From Parasutterella excrementihominis (GTDB lineage Bacteria > Bacillota_I > Bacilli_A > RFN20 > CAG-826), in contig CAVECL010000004.1 of assembly GCA_963614595.1 (NCBI GenBank), positions 2,268 through 66,267 on the forward strand: a stretch of 64,000 nucleotides of DNA, in the 5' to 3' direction. The notes below the pieces were generated by a model. It was not told the DNA's origin, did not search any database, and worked only from the letters and a program-made list of their open reading frames with translations. Made by a program: the position numbers and the translations under genes. Shown piece after piece: positions 27,172 through 37,131 of the stretch (position 1 is the first letter of the stretch; each line of letters starts with the position of its first letter).

Positions 27172-29703
27172 TCATTGGATTTCAGGTTTTGGACTCCCGC
27201 ATTCGGAACAGAACTTGCCTTTGTTCTCGGCTTTGCAGTTGGGACAAACCCAGGATGAGTTCTCTTTGGCTGATGGTTGCTCGGAGATTTCTTTTGGTTC
27301 AGGCTCGCTCGTTGAGACGTTAAGCTTTTGGCTTGCGTCGCCTTCATTTATGGGCATCGTTTCGAAATGCGTATGGGAGGCAACCCATTTCTTCATTTTG
27401 ATGCTGAGCCAAAGCCCGTAAATTCCAAAGGTGACGATGGTCAAGATAAACCAAACGATGTATTTGCCAAAGAGCTGGATTCCTTTGCCATCAAATTCCA
27501 GGCGATTCCCATCGATGATTGTGTGCTTGACTTCCCAATTCTCTTTAAGGCACTTTGCCCAAGGGTAGGCGATGCCAAGAGTGAAGACGGTCATCAAGAA
27601 ACTTAGCAAGTTATATCCGATGAGCTGAATAAGGCGTCCATCGAAGGTGGATTTGCTTTCCGTGGTATTCTCGTTCCCTCCGATATGGGAATGGGACGCG
27701 GTCCATTTTTTCATCTTGATGGCGAACCAGAAGGAGAAGATCCCGAAGGTGATGATGGTAAGAAAGACCCATAGGATGAATTTTCCTAATAGCTGCACCC
27801 CTTTGCCATCAAAAGAAAGCCTTTTCCCATCCACGACGAGATGTTTGACCGACCATCTTTCCACGAAGCATTTCGCCCAAGGATAGCCGATGCCGAAGGT
27901 GATGCCTGTGAGGAGAGCCCCCAGCAAACGATAACCAATGAGCTGGATGAGCCGCCCATCGAAAGTCGAGGTGCCTCTCGGATTGGCTTTTATCTTCTCC
28001 GTGAGCTTAAGAATTCGCTCGTTCAAGGCGGCGACTTTCTCCGTATCCCCTTCTTTCGTGGCGGTTTTGAGGTCTTTTTGCAAAGCTTCGAGTTTTTCTT
28101 CGTCCGTCATGGCACGCGGTTTCTTGCCAATCTCGGGCAAGGCTTTGGAAGAGGCATAACCCTCCGCAAGCCTCTTGCTGAAGAAAATTAGAGGGAAAAC
28201 CAAGCCCGCTAAAACAAGAAGAATCACAATGCCGACGATCATGTCCTTAACGGAATAATTTATTATTGGATAATTGGGGTGTATGAACAAGAAGGCGTAA
28301 CTGGGAAAGATGTTCATTATTCCTTCAAGCACGATAAGGAGGCCGATTGAGCCGATGCTGATGTAATTCTTGATTTTCTCGTTTCTTCTATGTTTCAGCA
28401 GTAAGACGATTGAGGCCACGATCGAAGCGAGAATGAGGGCAATGAGGATGAGATGGGGCAGTGCTCCTTTTAGCCCTGCCATTGAAAGCAAGTTTGTTGC
28501 AGACCCAAGGAGCTGAGCGCAAAGCGAAGAGAAGGCTAAGACCCTTAACGACAAAGTCATCTTTTTGGAACGGGCCAATCCGATGAGAATGAAAATGAGG
28601 TTAAGGACGAGATAGGCAAATGCAATTAGAAGCGGAATCGCCCCATAGTCGGCCATCTCGACAAACCATGATTCCTTATTAACCCCGTACTCTTGCCTAT
28701 GTTCCACAAAAGCAGGGATGCAGAGAATCTGAAGAAGCAAAACGGGAAGAGAAACGATGAGAAAGGCAAAACGCGAGGGCTTTAGAGCGTCTTTCCGTTT
28801 CTGGTATTCCAACATTTCCTTTGCTAAGTCGTTTGCTTGAGCGGAGGCTTCGGAAGGCCCGAGGGCAACAACCTCCGCTTGCCCCGCTGCCGCCATTGGT
28901 TTGGTCTCGACGGCTTTTTGCGCTTTTGCCACTATCGCCGCCGCCTTTTTCTCTGCGGCTTCTCGCGCCTTGGCTTCTTTTTCCGCCTTTTTTTGCTCTT
29001 CTTGGGCTTCGCGTTCCGCCTTTTTCGCGGCACGCTTCTCTTCCAAAGCAAGGCGTTCTTTTTCTTTCCTTTCTAAGAGGATCTTCCTCTCCTCTGCTTT
29101 TTTCGCGTCGAGGGCTGCGCGTTTTCCGATTTTCCTTTCTTTCGCCGCCACCTTGGCCGCTTTGATATCCACGCGCACCTCTTTGGCCGCTTTCACCATA
29201 AGAACGAACATCAAAACATAGATGGCTAAAAAGAGTATCGGGCTGAATAGAGCGGTCCATATAAGCCAATCGTTATATCCTGTGAAGAGCGCCAAAAAGC
29301 CCTGCCCGCGATCATTGCTGGCTCCGGTCCCGTTTATGATGCCTTGCTCAATTCGCAGCATCCACGGAAGAATTTCGGCCAGAAAAATCGCGTAAACTCC
29401 AAGGACGGAAAACAAAAGGATAAACATGGAGGCTTTGTTGATGCGATATACGTTGCTCGCTTTTTTAACCCAGCATGTGCAAAGCCTGAAGACCAAAAAC
29501 AAAATTATCGAAACGCCAAAGCCGAGGAAAGGGATTGCCAACAGTTGAGCGTTAGTGGCGTAAGCCTCCCTTTTGCTGGTTTCCCCAAAAGCCCCAAGCG
29601 AAGCCATATAGAAAATTATAAAGCCAAAGGCTAAGGCGAACGTTAAACACGCGAACCAAGTGAATTTTGTCCCGCGGTTCTGCTTCGTTGTTTTCTCTTC
29701 CAT
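27172..29703 (-). CDS. 843-aa multi-domain membrane protein: two TM bundles, K/E/A coiled coil, tandem DUF898(YjgN)-like repeats, C-terminal zinc ribbon
   Basis: About 4 TM segments, then a Lys/Glu/Ala-rich segment (nt 28900-29193), then about 8 TM segments. Two 96-aa repeats both start STFDGRLIQLIGY (nt 27682-27969 and 27364-27651). The C-terminal motif is WVCPNCKAENKGKFCSECG (nt 27193-27252). Confidence 0.6.
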   Translation of the reverse strand: MEEKTTKQNRGTKFTWFACLTFALAFGFIIFYMASLGAFGETSKREAYATNAQLLAIPFLGFGVSIILFLVFRLCTCWVKKASNVYRINKASMFILLFSVLGVYAIFLAEILPWMLRIEQGIINGTGASNDRGQGFLALFTGYNDWLIWTALFSPILFLAIYVLMFVLMVKAAKEVRVDIKAAKVAAKERKIGKRAALDAKKAEERKILLERKEKERLALEEKRAAKKAEREAQEEQKKAEKEAKAREAAEKKAAAIVAKAQKAVETKPMAAAGQAEVVALGPSEASAQANDLAKEMLEYQKRKDALKPSRFAFLIVSLPVLLLQILCIPAFVEHRQEYGVNKESWFVEMADYGAIPLLIAFAYLVLNLIFILIGLARSKKMTLSLRVLAFSSLCAQLLGSATNLLSMAGLKGALPHLILIALILASIVASIVLLLKHRRNEKIKNYISIGSIGLLIVLEGIMNIFPSYAFLFIHPNYPIINYSVKDMIVGIVILLVLAGLVFPLIFFSKRLAEGYASSKALPEIGKKPRAMTDEEKLEALQKDLKTATKEGDTEKVAALNERILKLTEKIKANPRGTSTFDGRLIQLIGYRLLGALLTGITFGIGYPWAKCFVERWSVKHLVVDGKRLSFDGKGVQLLGKFILWVFLTIITFGIFSFWFAIKMKKWTASHSHIGGNENTTESKSTFDGRLIQLIGYNLLSFLMTVFTLGIAYPWAKCLKENWEVKHTIIDGNRLEFDGKGIQLFGKYIVWFILTIVTFGIYGLWLSIKMKKWVASHTHFETMPINEGDASQKLNVSTSEPEPKEISEQPSAKENSSWVCPNCKAENKGKFCSECGSPKPEIQ

Positions 29704-29783
29704 GGATAAGACCTCTTTTTAAGATATGATAGGAAAAGGAGCGCCAACGAAGCGCCAACTCAATGAAAGCAAGGGAAAATGTC

Positions 29784-31181
29784 TTAAGCGGTTTCCTCAA
29801 CCTTTTCGTTCGTCGTTATGGCGTATCCGCATTTTTTCTTCCATCTGCCGCAGAAGAACATTGCCACCGAGATGCACATGCCTACGCCCCAGCCAATCGG
29901 CCAAGCAAAGAATATGCCTTCATATCCGAAAAGATGGCCGAGGACCAATGCGCCAATGACCCTGCAAACGAGATCGGCGGAAGTGCCCAAAGTGAACCCA
30001 AGCATGTCTGTCGCGCCTTTTAGAATTCCGTCTAAAGGAATCTTGATGACCATGAAGACGAAGAAAGGAACGACGCAGAGAATGAACAATTTTCCAGAGT
30101 TCACGATGACATCGACCTCGCCTTCGGCGTCACTGCTTAAGAAGAGGCGCACCCAAAACTCACGGAAAGGAAGAATCACGACCATCGCCAGAGCGCAGAA
30201 AGCGGTTGAGATGATAAGCGTCGAGAAATATCCCTTCATGATGCGGTCATATTTCTTAGCTCCGACGTTTTGCGAGACGAAGCTAGAAAGGGCGTTGCAG
30301 AGAACCGTGAAGATATTGATCGCGATGTAGCAGATTTTATAAGCGGCGCTATATCCTCCTGCGACGCTATTCCCGCCAATCGAAGTTAGAATGGAAGTGA
30401 TCAAGACCCCGCCCACGGATATGAAGCATCCCTGAAGGATGGAAGGAGCGGCGATTCCGATGATGGATTTGAGGACGGCTTTATCGAACTTCTCATAATG
30501 GTTCGCGTCGAATTTTTTGATGCAACGGAATAAGACGACTACGGATAAGACCCCCGCGATGCCCTCAGAGATGATCGTGCCTAAAGCCAAGCCTGCGCTG
30601 TTCATCTTGATCGGCATGACGAAGAGAAGGTCCAAGGCGATGTTCAATAAGGTAGAAAAAATCAAGAAGTAAAGGGGCGTTTTTGAATTCCCGAACGCCT
30701 GGAACATATACATCGAATAGTTATATAGGAATAGGAAGATGACCCCGGCGATATAGATGAGCATATAGGACAAGGCCTCATTGAAACAACCTTCGCTCTC
30801 GCCTTTGCCAACCATCGCGTTCAATAAAGGGTAGATGATCGCCATGCCGATTGCGGTGACGATGAGCCCTAGAATAATTGTCGAAATCAAACCAACGGTC
30901 GCGGTCTTTTTTAGGTTTTTCATATCTTTCGCGCCGAAGAACTTCGCCGCGACCACGCCGCAGCCCACACCGAAGCCAACCGCGATATCCAAGAAAACAA
31001 CCGTGATTGGATAAACGATTCCAACTGCGTTGAAACTGTCGAGGTTGGCGATGAAATGGCCGGCGATGAAATTGTCTGCCAGGTTGTAAAGCTGCTGCAG
31101 CGTAGCGCTTAAAACCAAAGGAATCGAAAAAAGCAGGATGATCTTGAATGGATTGCCCACCGTCATGTCTTTTAACTTCAT
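29784..31181 (-). CDS. MATE-family efflux transporter
   Basis: 12-TM protein with a MATE-like N-terminus (GNPFKIILLFSIPLVLSATLQQLYNLAD). The ATG at 31181 is preferred over the listed 31277. Confidence 0.85.
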   Translation of the reverse strand: MKLKDMTVGNPFKIILLFSIPLVLSATLQQLYNLADNFIAGHFIANLDSFNAVGIVYPITVVFLDIAVGFGVGCGVVAAKFFGAKDMKNLKKTATVGLISTIILGLIVTAIGMAIIYPLLNAMVGKGESEGCFNEALSYMLIYIAGVIFLFLYNYSMYMFQAFGNSKTPLYFLIFSTLLNIALDLLFVMPIKMNSAGLALGTIISEGIAGVLSVVVLFRCIKKFDANHYEKFDKAVLKSIIGIAAPSILQGCFISVGGVLITSILTSIGGNSVAGGYSAAYKICYIAINIFTVLCNALSSFVSQNVGAKKYDRIMKGYFSTLIISTAFCALAMVVILPFREFWVRLFLSSDAEGEVDVIVNSGKLFILCVVPFFVFMVIKIPLDGILKGATDMLGFTLGTSADLVCRVIGALVLGHLFGYEGIFFAWPIGWGVGMCISVAMFFCGRWKKKCGYAITTNEKVEETA

Positions 31182-31286
31182 AAAAACCTCGGGAAAGAGT
31201 CTAGTCACCTTCGGAAGAAGTGGCTCATGTAAACGCTTACTCGATCTTTCCGCGCAAAATTGCTTATCGGAGTTCATTGATCAACT

Positions 31287-31303
31287 CTTTTTGCGCAAAA
31301 AAG
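31287..31303. promoter_or_regulatory. palindrome CTTTTTGCGCAAAAAAG upstream of the MATE gene
   Basis: Near-perfect inverted repeat about 105 nt upstream of the MATE start codon. Confidence 0.3.
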
Positions 31304-31546
31304 TTGGCTTAGTCGACCAGCTTATTGAAAAGCTGGATTTCAATTCTTCCCGCGAAATTTAGATTTTGCCTAAAAAGCAGCATCCTCATAAACGCGGCCT
31401 GCTTCGGGTTTTTGCAGAGCAAGTCAAAGATCCGAAAACGGGATTGACACGAATTGAAGTTGATTGCGAAAAATGTTGAACTTGTGATTTGTGGCGGAAC
31501 ATTGGGACGCGTCTCGAAAACCGCGCAAAAACGCCATTTTTTTGAA

Positions 31547-33748
31547 TTAAGCCCGCAAAATCTCCCTATTTCGCATCTTTGTGTCGATGATTGTGCATTT
31601 TTCATCGGGCCTAAGCCCTTTAACGACAACGTTCTTTTCGTCGCATTTAACCTCGATGATGCGATAAGGGTTTTTAAGGCTGGAGTCGTCTTCGTAGTAA
31701 CGGTAGACCATCGTGCCCTCCGCGATTGGATAGATCTCAAAAACGATTCCGCCTTCTTTGAAAAGAGGAACGATTCCGCCTTCCTTTACGAAATAAATCG
31801 GGAGGTCGCCTGGTTTGTTTTGGAATGTTCCTTGGCCTGAATAAGGTCTTCTTCCTTCAAACCACACGCCTTCTGGCAACGAAACAGTCACGTCCTTCGC
31901 CCCTTTGTCGAATATGGGGCAAGCAAGGATGGAATTTCCGCAGAAGAAGCAATCCGCCTCCTCGTCATAATCTGGGTATTTCATGAACACGGGATAGATC
32001 ATTGGGTGATATGTTTCAACCGCGTTCATGGCCTCGCTATATAAGTAGGGAAGGAGTTCTTGCCTCAATGCGAATAAGCCTTTGACTTTCTCCTTCAGCT
32101 TTGGGTAAAGCCAAGGCATCGTGGAAGAGCCGTCGGGATTCCAAGAATGCAAAGTGAACCTCGGCGTGAAAATCCCATAGGCGATCCAACGCAGAAAAAG
32201 CTCTTCGCTAGGCTTTTCACCTGCAAACCCCCCAATGTCTTGGCCGATAAAAGCGAAGCCTGTTAAAGCGGAGGTCATCGCCATTTTGTGATTGCCCCTA
32301 AAATCCTCGAACGAGGTGTTGTTGTCGCCGGTCCAGGTCTCGCATACCCGTTGGAAACCCGCGCAGGCGGAACGGGTGACTGCCATGTGCCTCTTGGCTT
32401 TTGACGTGGCTTCGTTTGAGGCGTTAGCCATAAGCAAAGAGAAGAGGGGTCTGATCAATTTGGCTTTCACGGGGTGAGCGAATCCATCTGCATACACCTC
32501 TTCATCATGGATATCATATTCGTTGTTGTCGTTCCAAATGGAGTCGTATCCCAGATCGACGAGATTCTCTTTGACGCATTTGCTCCAGAAGTCATAGGCT
32601 CCATCGTTTGTGAAATCCAAATAGCTCCCCATCCCTCCCCAAAAGGGAAAGACGTAGGGGCTGCCGTCGAGATAATGGAGGAACCATCCACGTTCCTTTA
32701 TATATTGATATAAGGGGTGCGTGGTTAAGAAAGCAGGCTTGATGTTCGGCAAAAAATGAATGCCCAATTCCTTGAATTCGTCCGCAAGCCCTTTTGGGTC
32801 GGGGAATTTCTCTTTGTTCCAATGGAAGACGCAGCGTTTGTCCCCGATTTGGGTGTAGCCGCTAGAAAGGTAGAAGCCACCGCAGTCGATGGAATAGTCT
32901 TTGCACTGATCAACGAACCCATGCAACGCTTCCACGGGGTGATTGGAATCCGTATAGGCCATTGTGGAGCCGCAGTATTTGAAACTCCATTTTGGGGGCA
33001 AGAAGGATTTGCCGCTTAAATAGGTGAAACGCTCGACGATCTCCTCGATGGTTCCGAAGATGACGTAATAGACGAGGCTTTCTTCTTCGCAATGGAAGTG
33101 CTTGTAGGTCTCGTAATAATTGTTGTGCTCTCTTCCGAAATCGATTTCTCCGTTAGCGTAGGTGTCGTAGAAAATCCCATAGGAGCCCACGCTGTTTTTG
33201 CAGATGAAGAAGGGGATTTGCTTATAGAGAGGATCGCTTTTATTCGCGTTGAAGCCTAACGCGTCGAAGGTCTCAAGCTTAAAGGACTGCAAGTTTTTAT
33301 TAACGGGACCCGTTTTATCTCCTAAACCATAAATATGCTCGCCTTGCTCTCTAGAAAGATAGTGATAGCTGCCTTTCCCCATCTCTCCTTCGAAGTTATA
33401 GGCGAGGATCTCTCTATCGGAGAAGAGCTTCTTCCCGCCTTTGAAATAATGAATGAAGAAGTTGTGGGGATCGACTTTGATGGCGACGTCATCGATTTCG
33501 AATTCGTTGTCTTTCTCTTGAGGAACCTCTTCTAAGCCCTCTATGGATAATCGATCTCTGCCGTGGCGGGGCATTGTGGATGTGCCTGGGCAAATGGAGA
33601 ATGTAGGGAAGAGGCCTTCTTTGTTTTTGTAGATTGCCACGCGGAGCATATGCTTGAAAAAATCCAGCTGAACGTAGCTTCCGTCTGCGAAATATAGCCT
33701 TTTTGCGGGCTTTTTCTCGATTAAGACGAAATTATGGTCGTATTTCAT
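31547..33748 (-). CDS. GH31 alpha-glycosidase, cytoplasmic
   Basis: Nucleophile block DSIWNDNNEY and TWTGDNNTSFEDF block typical of GH31. ATGA overlap with the upstream esterase stop. Confidence 0.85.
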   Translation of the reverse strand: MKYDHNFVLIEKKPAKRLYFADGSYVQLDFFKHMLRVAIYKNKEGLFPTFSICPGTSTMPRHGRDRLSIEGLEEVPQEKDNEFEIDDVAIKVDPHNFFIHYFKGGKKLFSDREILAYNFEGEMGKGSYHYLSREQGEHIYGLGDKTGPVNKNLQSFKLETFDALGFNANKSDPLYKQIPFFICKNSVGSYGIFYDTYANGEIDFGREHNNYYETYKHFHCEEESLVYYVIFGTIEEIVERFTYLSGKSFLPPKWSFKYCGSTMAYTDSNHPVEALHGFVDQCKDYSIDCGGFYLSSGYTQIGDKRCVFHWNKEKFPDPKGLADEFKELGIHFLPNIKPAFLTTHPLYQYIKERGWFLHYLDGSPYVFPFWGGMGSYLDFTNDGAYDFWSKCVKENLVDLGYDSIWNDNNEYDIHDEEVYADGFAHPVKAKLIRPLFSLLMANASNEATSKAKRHMAVTRSACAGFQRVCETWTGDNNTSFEDFRGNHKMAMTSALTGFAFIGQDIGGFAGEKPSEELFLRWIAYGIFTPRFTLHSWNPDGSSTMPWLYPKLKEKVKGLFALRQELLPYLYSEAMNAVETYHPMIYPVFMKYPDYDEEADCFFCGNSILACPIFDKGAKDVTVSLPEGVWFEGRRPYSGQGTFQNKPGDLPIYFVKEGGIVPLFKEGGIVFEIYPIAEGTMVYRYYEDDSSLKNPYRIIEVKCDEKNVVVKGLRPDEKCTIIDTKMRNREILRA

Positions 33749-35088
33749 TTCGGATCTCCAAGGAAGGTGTTTCTGAATAGCTGCCACTTATTTGGCTTGC
33801 CCATTTTGATGCAGTCGGTCCTGATGCATAGGGCTTTCCCTTTCCTCTTTTCCCATAAGGGCAAACTGGCGGCGTTTGGATTTCCGCTGCGCGCGAAATT
33901 CGCGATGTAGCGCATGAGCGTCTCCGAGACCCTCCTATCGCCCTCATCATATGGCCTCCAGGAGCTATCAAGGGTCCCAAAGACGTAACGGATGTCGCTG
34001 GAATGAAAGGCTTTGTTCTTGTCCCCTTTCGCATCGACATCGAAATAATAAACATACGCGTCGTTGTTTTTGGCGTAAGAGAGCCCCATATGGGCAAGAA
34101 TCGCCGTGTACATATCGTTGTTCGTGAAGCCGACGATCGTGGGAACTTTCACTTTGTCCTTGAAGAGCTCTTCCTGACTTTTCTTCAAATAGTAATGGTC
34201 GATCATCGTCATCGTGGAGATCAGGTTGTCTTTCCTTCTGCTTTTGACGATTTCTAAGGCATCGAATATCTTTTTGGGGTCGATGAGCTTGAATTCCTCT
34301 AGGGCGGCGCACCCGCATTCCTGCATGACGTCTAACCAATACTCTCTTCTTTCCTCGACGGGTTTTGGGGTGCCCATGGAAGGGAATTTGCCTGCCCCAG
34401 ACATCATGATGGCCTTATCGAATAAGCCTTTGCATCGGTCCGAAAGCAACATGGTTTGGATGGACATCGCACCAGCGCTTTGGCCCATGACGGTGATGTT
34501 GCCGGGATCGCCGCCGAAGTCCGCAATGTGTTTCCTGATCCATTTAAGAGCGGTCGCCTGATCATCCAGCCCGAAATTTCCTTCATGCCCGTATTGCTTG
34601 CTTGTCTCCTCGTGAGTGAAATAGCCAAAGACGCCGACTCGATATTGGATGAAAACCGTGATGATTCCTAGCTTGGCAAGGGAGTCCCCATCGAAGCCCG
34701 ATTCGCTGTTGGCTCCGCTATCGAAACCGCCGCCATGGATGAAAACGATGACAGGGTATGTGCCTTTTTGCTTTGGGACGTAGATATTGAGATTCAAGCA
34801 GTCTTCAGAATAGTTGAAGGTCAGACCCTCGCGGAATTCCTTGTGGTAGAACATCCTTTCGGGGATTTCCAGGTGGGCGTAGTAGCAACGTTTCTGAATG
34901 CAGGCGTCCCCGAAATGGGTCGCGTCGAATTCCTTGCCTAAGCTGCTGACTTCTTCTGCATAGGCGAAGCGTCTAGCTTTCGCGTAAGGAACGCCTAAGT
35001 AGGCATAGCTATTTTCTTCCTCTATGCCCTTGATTGTCCCTAAAGACGTGGGGACGGTCACTGTTTTGATTGATTTCTCTTCGCCCAT
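33745..35088 (-). CDS. type-B carboxylesterase (PnbA-like)
   Basis: Oxyanion block FIHGGGF and nucleophile elbow GQSAGA. The ATG at 35088 is preferred; the listed 35127 start is TTG. Confidence 0.85.
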   Translation of the reverse strand: MGEEKSIKTVTVPTSLGTIKGIEEENSYAYLGVPYAKARRFAYAEEVSSLGKEFDATHFGDACIQKRCYYAHLEIPERMFYHKEFREGLTFNYSEDCLNLNIYVPKQKGTYPVIVFIHGGGFDSGANSESGFDGDSLAKLGIITVFIQYRVGVFGYFTHEETSKQYGHEGNFGLDDQATALKWIRKHIADFGGDPGNITVMGQSAGAMSIQTMLLSDRCKGLFDKAIMMSGAGKFPSMGTPKPVEERREYWLDVMQECGCAALEEFKLIDPKKIFDALEIVKSRRKDNLISTMTMIDHYYLKKSQEELFKDKVKVPTIVGFTNNDMYTAILAHMGLSYAKNNDAYVYYFDVDAKGDKNKAFHSSDIRYVFGTLDSSWRPYDEGDRRVSETLMRYIANFARSGNPNAASLPLWEKRKGKALCIRTDCIKMGKPNKWQLFRNTFLGDPK

Positions 35089-35160
35089 AGGAATGCCCTT
35101 TCTAAAAGAGATATAAATGCTTGGCAAAATGATAATCTAGGGAAAAGGGTTTTCCCATAA

Positions 35161-35181
35161 TTAATTAAAGGGGTTAATTAA
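35161..35181. promoter_or_regulatory. 21-bp AT-rich palindrome TTAATTAA-AGGGG-TTAATTAA in a divergent promoter region
   Basis: Lies between the esterase start (35088, minus strand) and the kinase start (35242, plus strand). The same architecture recurs at 38854, 47591 and 50889. Confidence 0.55.
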
Positions 35182-35241
35182 TCGCGTCATTGTCCTTTTC
35201 GCCCTTTCTTCGCCCAATGCTCATAAGGTAGAATCTCCTTC

Positions 35242-37131
35242 ATGAAGCCTGGACTCAAAAAAGAAGCTACGTCCCTCGCGGTTTTTCTTTTGTCATTCCT
35301 CGCTATTTTCATTACTTGCTTCGCCCTTGTGAAAAGCGACGCGAACATGAATGGCAAGCAGGGGCTGCCAGACCTCGCGGATTGCAGCCTCGATTTCAAT
35401 GGATGCGAATTCGGAGAGACTTACGTCAAGCAACACATGAAGGGCGAATACGAGTTTTTCTATAACAAGTGGATCGTAGAAGAAAATTACACGGGGGAGC
35501 CGGATTGCCGCGTGAACGTGCCCCATCATTACAAAAACACGGTTCTGAATGGCGAAAGATTAAGCAATGAGGGCTATTCCTCCTACAGGATGTATATAAA
35601 AGGGCTCCCTGTCGGGACGAAAATCTGGTTCATCAACAACAACTTCGTCGGGGGTTTCTACGCCTATATCAACTCAGAGCTTGTCGTGAAATATGGGACG
35701 AGGGCGAAAACGGGAACCTGCCTTAGCAACGGGGGAGACGACATGACCTTGGAATACATCGTCAAAGACAGCAATCCTTTGACGGTTGTTTTCGAGGTAT
35801 CCTCGAGCTATCAAGGCGGGCTCACTTCTCCGGCTAGATTAGCCATCAACACTCTTGGAAGGAACCCGACCTCTCAATATCTCACGAATAACATCGGCTT
35901 CGTGATGATGGGCCTCATCCTTGGCTTGCTCGCCTTCTCTTTCGTGATCAATTTAGGGGCCGCAAAGCGGGATTTCTCCTTCTCGCTTGTCATGGGGGTC
36001 ATCACATTGATGAGCTTTTTCTCCATCGACGTCTATTGGAGGGTGCTCTCCATCTTCAGAACGAACACGTATAACTCCATCATCTTCCTTGATTTGCTGA
36101 TCGCGACGGTTTTGCCTTTTGCTTTGTACTATCACCTTGCGAAGAATCAAAAGATAAAGCATAACTGGGCCTATCCGATTGCCTTTGGGGCTATATCCAC
36201 TTTATCGGTGATTTTCTATTTCGTGCTTATGGGAACCTTCTACCAAGTGATTCCTTTGATTTTTTCCTTGCTTAGCCTCGCTTTGCTTTTGATCCCTTTG
36301 ACGAAAGGGATGTTCGAAGGGGCGAGGATTAATCTCGCCTTCATCTTCATGGTGTTCTCCTTGCTTACTTACTACGCGATCACTTTTTTCGATCTAGAGA
36401 ACATCATGATTGCGGGGACGGAGCAAAGCATCTCTTACGTGATGCTTCCGATCATCGTGATCATCATCGTCCTTTATCGCTTATCGACCGCGACCAAGAC
36501 GAAGCGTTATATCAAAGCCTTGGAGAAAGAGCAGAAGGCTCTGCAGATGAAAGCGGAAGCCTTAACCGAACAAATCAAGCCCCATTATGTCTTCAATTGC
36601 CTCTCTTCCATCCAAGGCGCATATCAAGAAGACAGCAAGAAAGGCGAGAGGATGCTGACAATGTTCTCCAAGCACTTAAGGGACAGCCTAGACGTCTCTT
36701 CTGACCTCGTCCCCTTTGAAAAGGAAGTGGAGCGCATCCTCCGTTACGCGGAACTGGAAAACATGAGGAAAGAGAAGAAAGTCGATTTGCTCCTTAACCT
36801 CGAAAGCACGGATTTTTCTCTCCCTCCCTTAAGCTTGGAACCCTTTATCGAGAACGCCTTCAAGCACGGCAAACTTGAGAAAATAAACGATGGGTATGTG
36901 TCTGTTTCAAGTTTTGAGGAAGAGAAAGACCACCTAATTCTAATCGAGGACAACGGGGTTGGATTCGACGTGAATCAGGTGAAGCCTAGCTCCGTGGGCA
37001 TAAAGAACGCGAAGGAAAGGCTGAAAATCCTCTGCGGAGCTGAGGTCCAAATAACCTCTAGGCCAAACAAGGGCACCACAGTGGAGATAAGAATCCCAAA
37101 GGAGAGTGAAGATGAACGCGATCGTGTTTGA
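35242..37131 (+). CDS. 7TMR-DISM sensor histidine kinase (LytS/YesM-type His_kinase + HATPase_c)
   Basis: N-terminal extracytoplasmic domain followed by 7 TM segments. Phosphoacceptor region IKPHYVFNCLSSIQ and a C-terminal ATPase (IEDNGVGF, GIKNAKERL). Confidence 0.85.
   Translation: MKPGLKKEATSLAVFLLSFLAIFITCFALVKSDANMNGKQGLPDLADCSLDFNGCEFGETYVKQHMKGEYEFFYNKWIVEENYTGEPDCRVNVPHHYKNTVLNGERLSNEGYSSYRMYIKGLPVGTKIWFINNNFVGGFYAYINSELVVKYGTRAKTGTCLSNGGDDMTLEYIVKDSNPLTVVFEVSSSYQGGLTSPARLAINTLGRNPTSQYLTNNIGFVMMGLILGLLAFSFVINLGAAKRDFSFSLVMGVITLMSFFSIDVYWRVLSIFRTNTYNSIIFLDLLIATVLPFALYYHLAKNQKIKHNWAYPIAFGAISTLSVIFYFVLMGTFYQVIPLIFSLLSLALLLIPLTKGMFEGARINLAFIFMVFSLLTYYAITFFDLENIMIAGTEQSISYVMLPIIVIIIVLYRLSTATKTKRYIKALEKEQKALQMKAEALTEQIKPHYVFNCLSSIQGAYQEDSKKGERMLTMFSKHLRDSLDVSSDLVPFEKEVERILRYAELENMRKEKKVDLLLNLESTDFSLPPLSLEPFIENAFKHGKLEKINDGYVSVSSFEEEKDHLILIEDNGVGFDVNQVKPSSVGIKNAKERLKILCGAEVQITSRPNKGTTVEIRIPKESEDERDRV

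Noticed and set aside
28697-29269. Several 80-190-aa ORFs on both strands (28697-29269, 28821-29165, 28837-29076, 28901-29221)
   Set aside because: All lie within the repetitive Lys/Glu/Ala-coding segment of the 843-aa gene. Low-complexity GA/AG-rich DNA keeps alternative frames open.
31309-31840. ORFs 31309-31740 (minus strand) and 31454-31840 (plus strand)
   Set aside because: They overlap the 3' end of the GH31 gene and the intergenic spacer. They have no RBS and odd composition.
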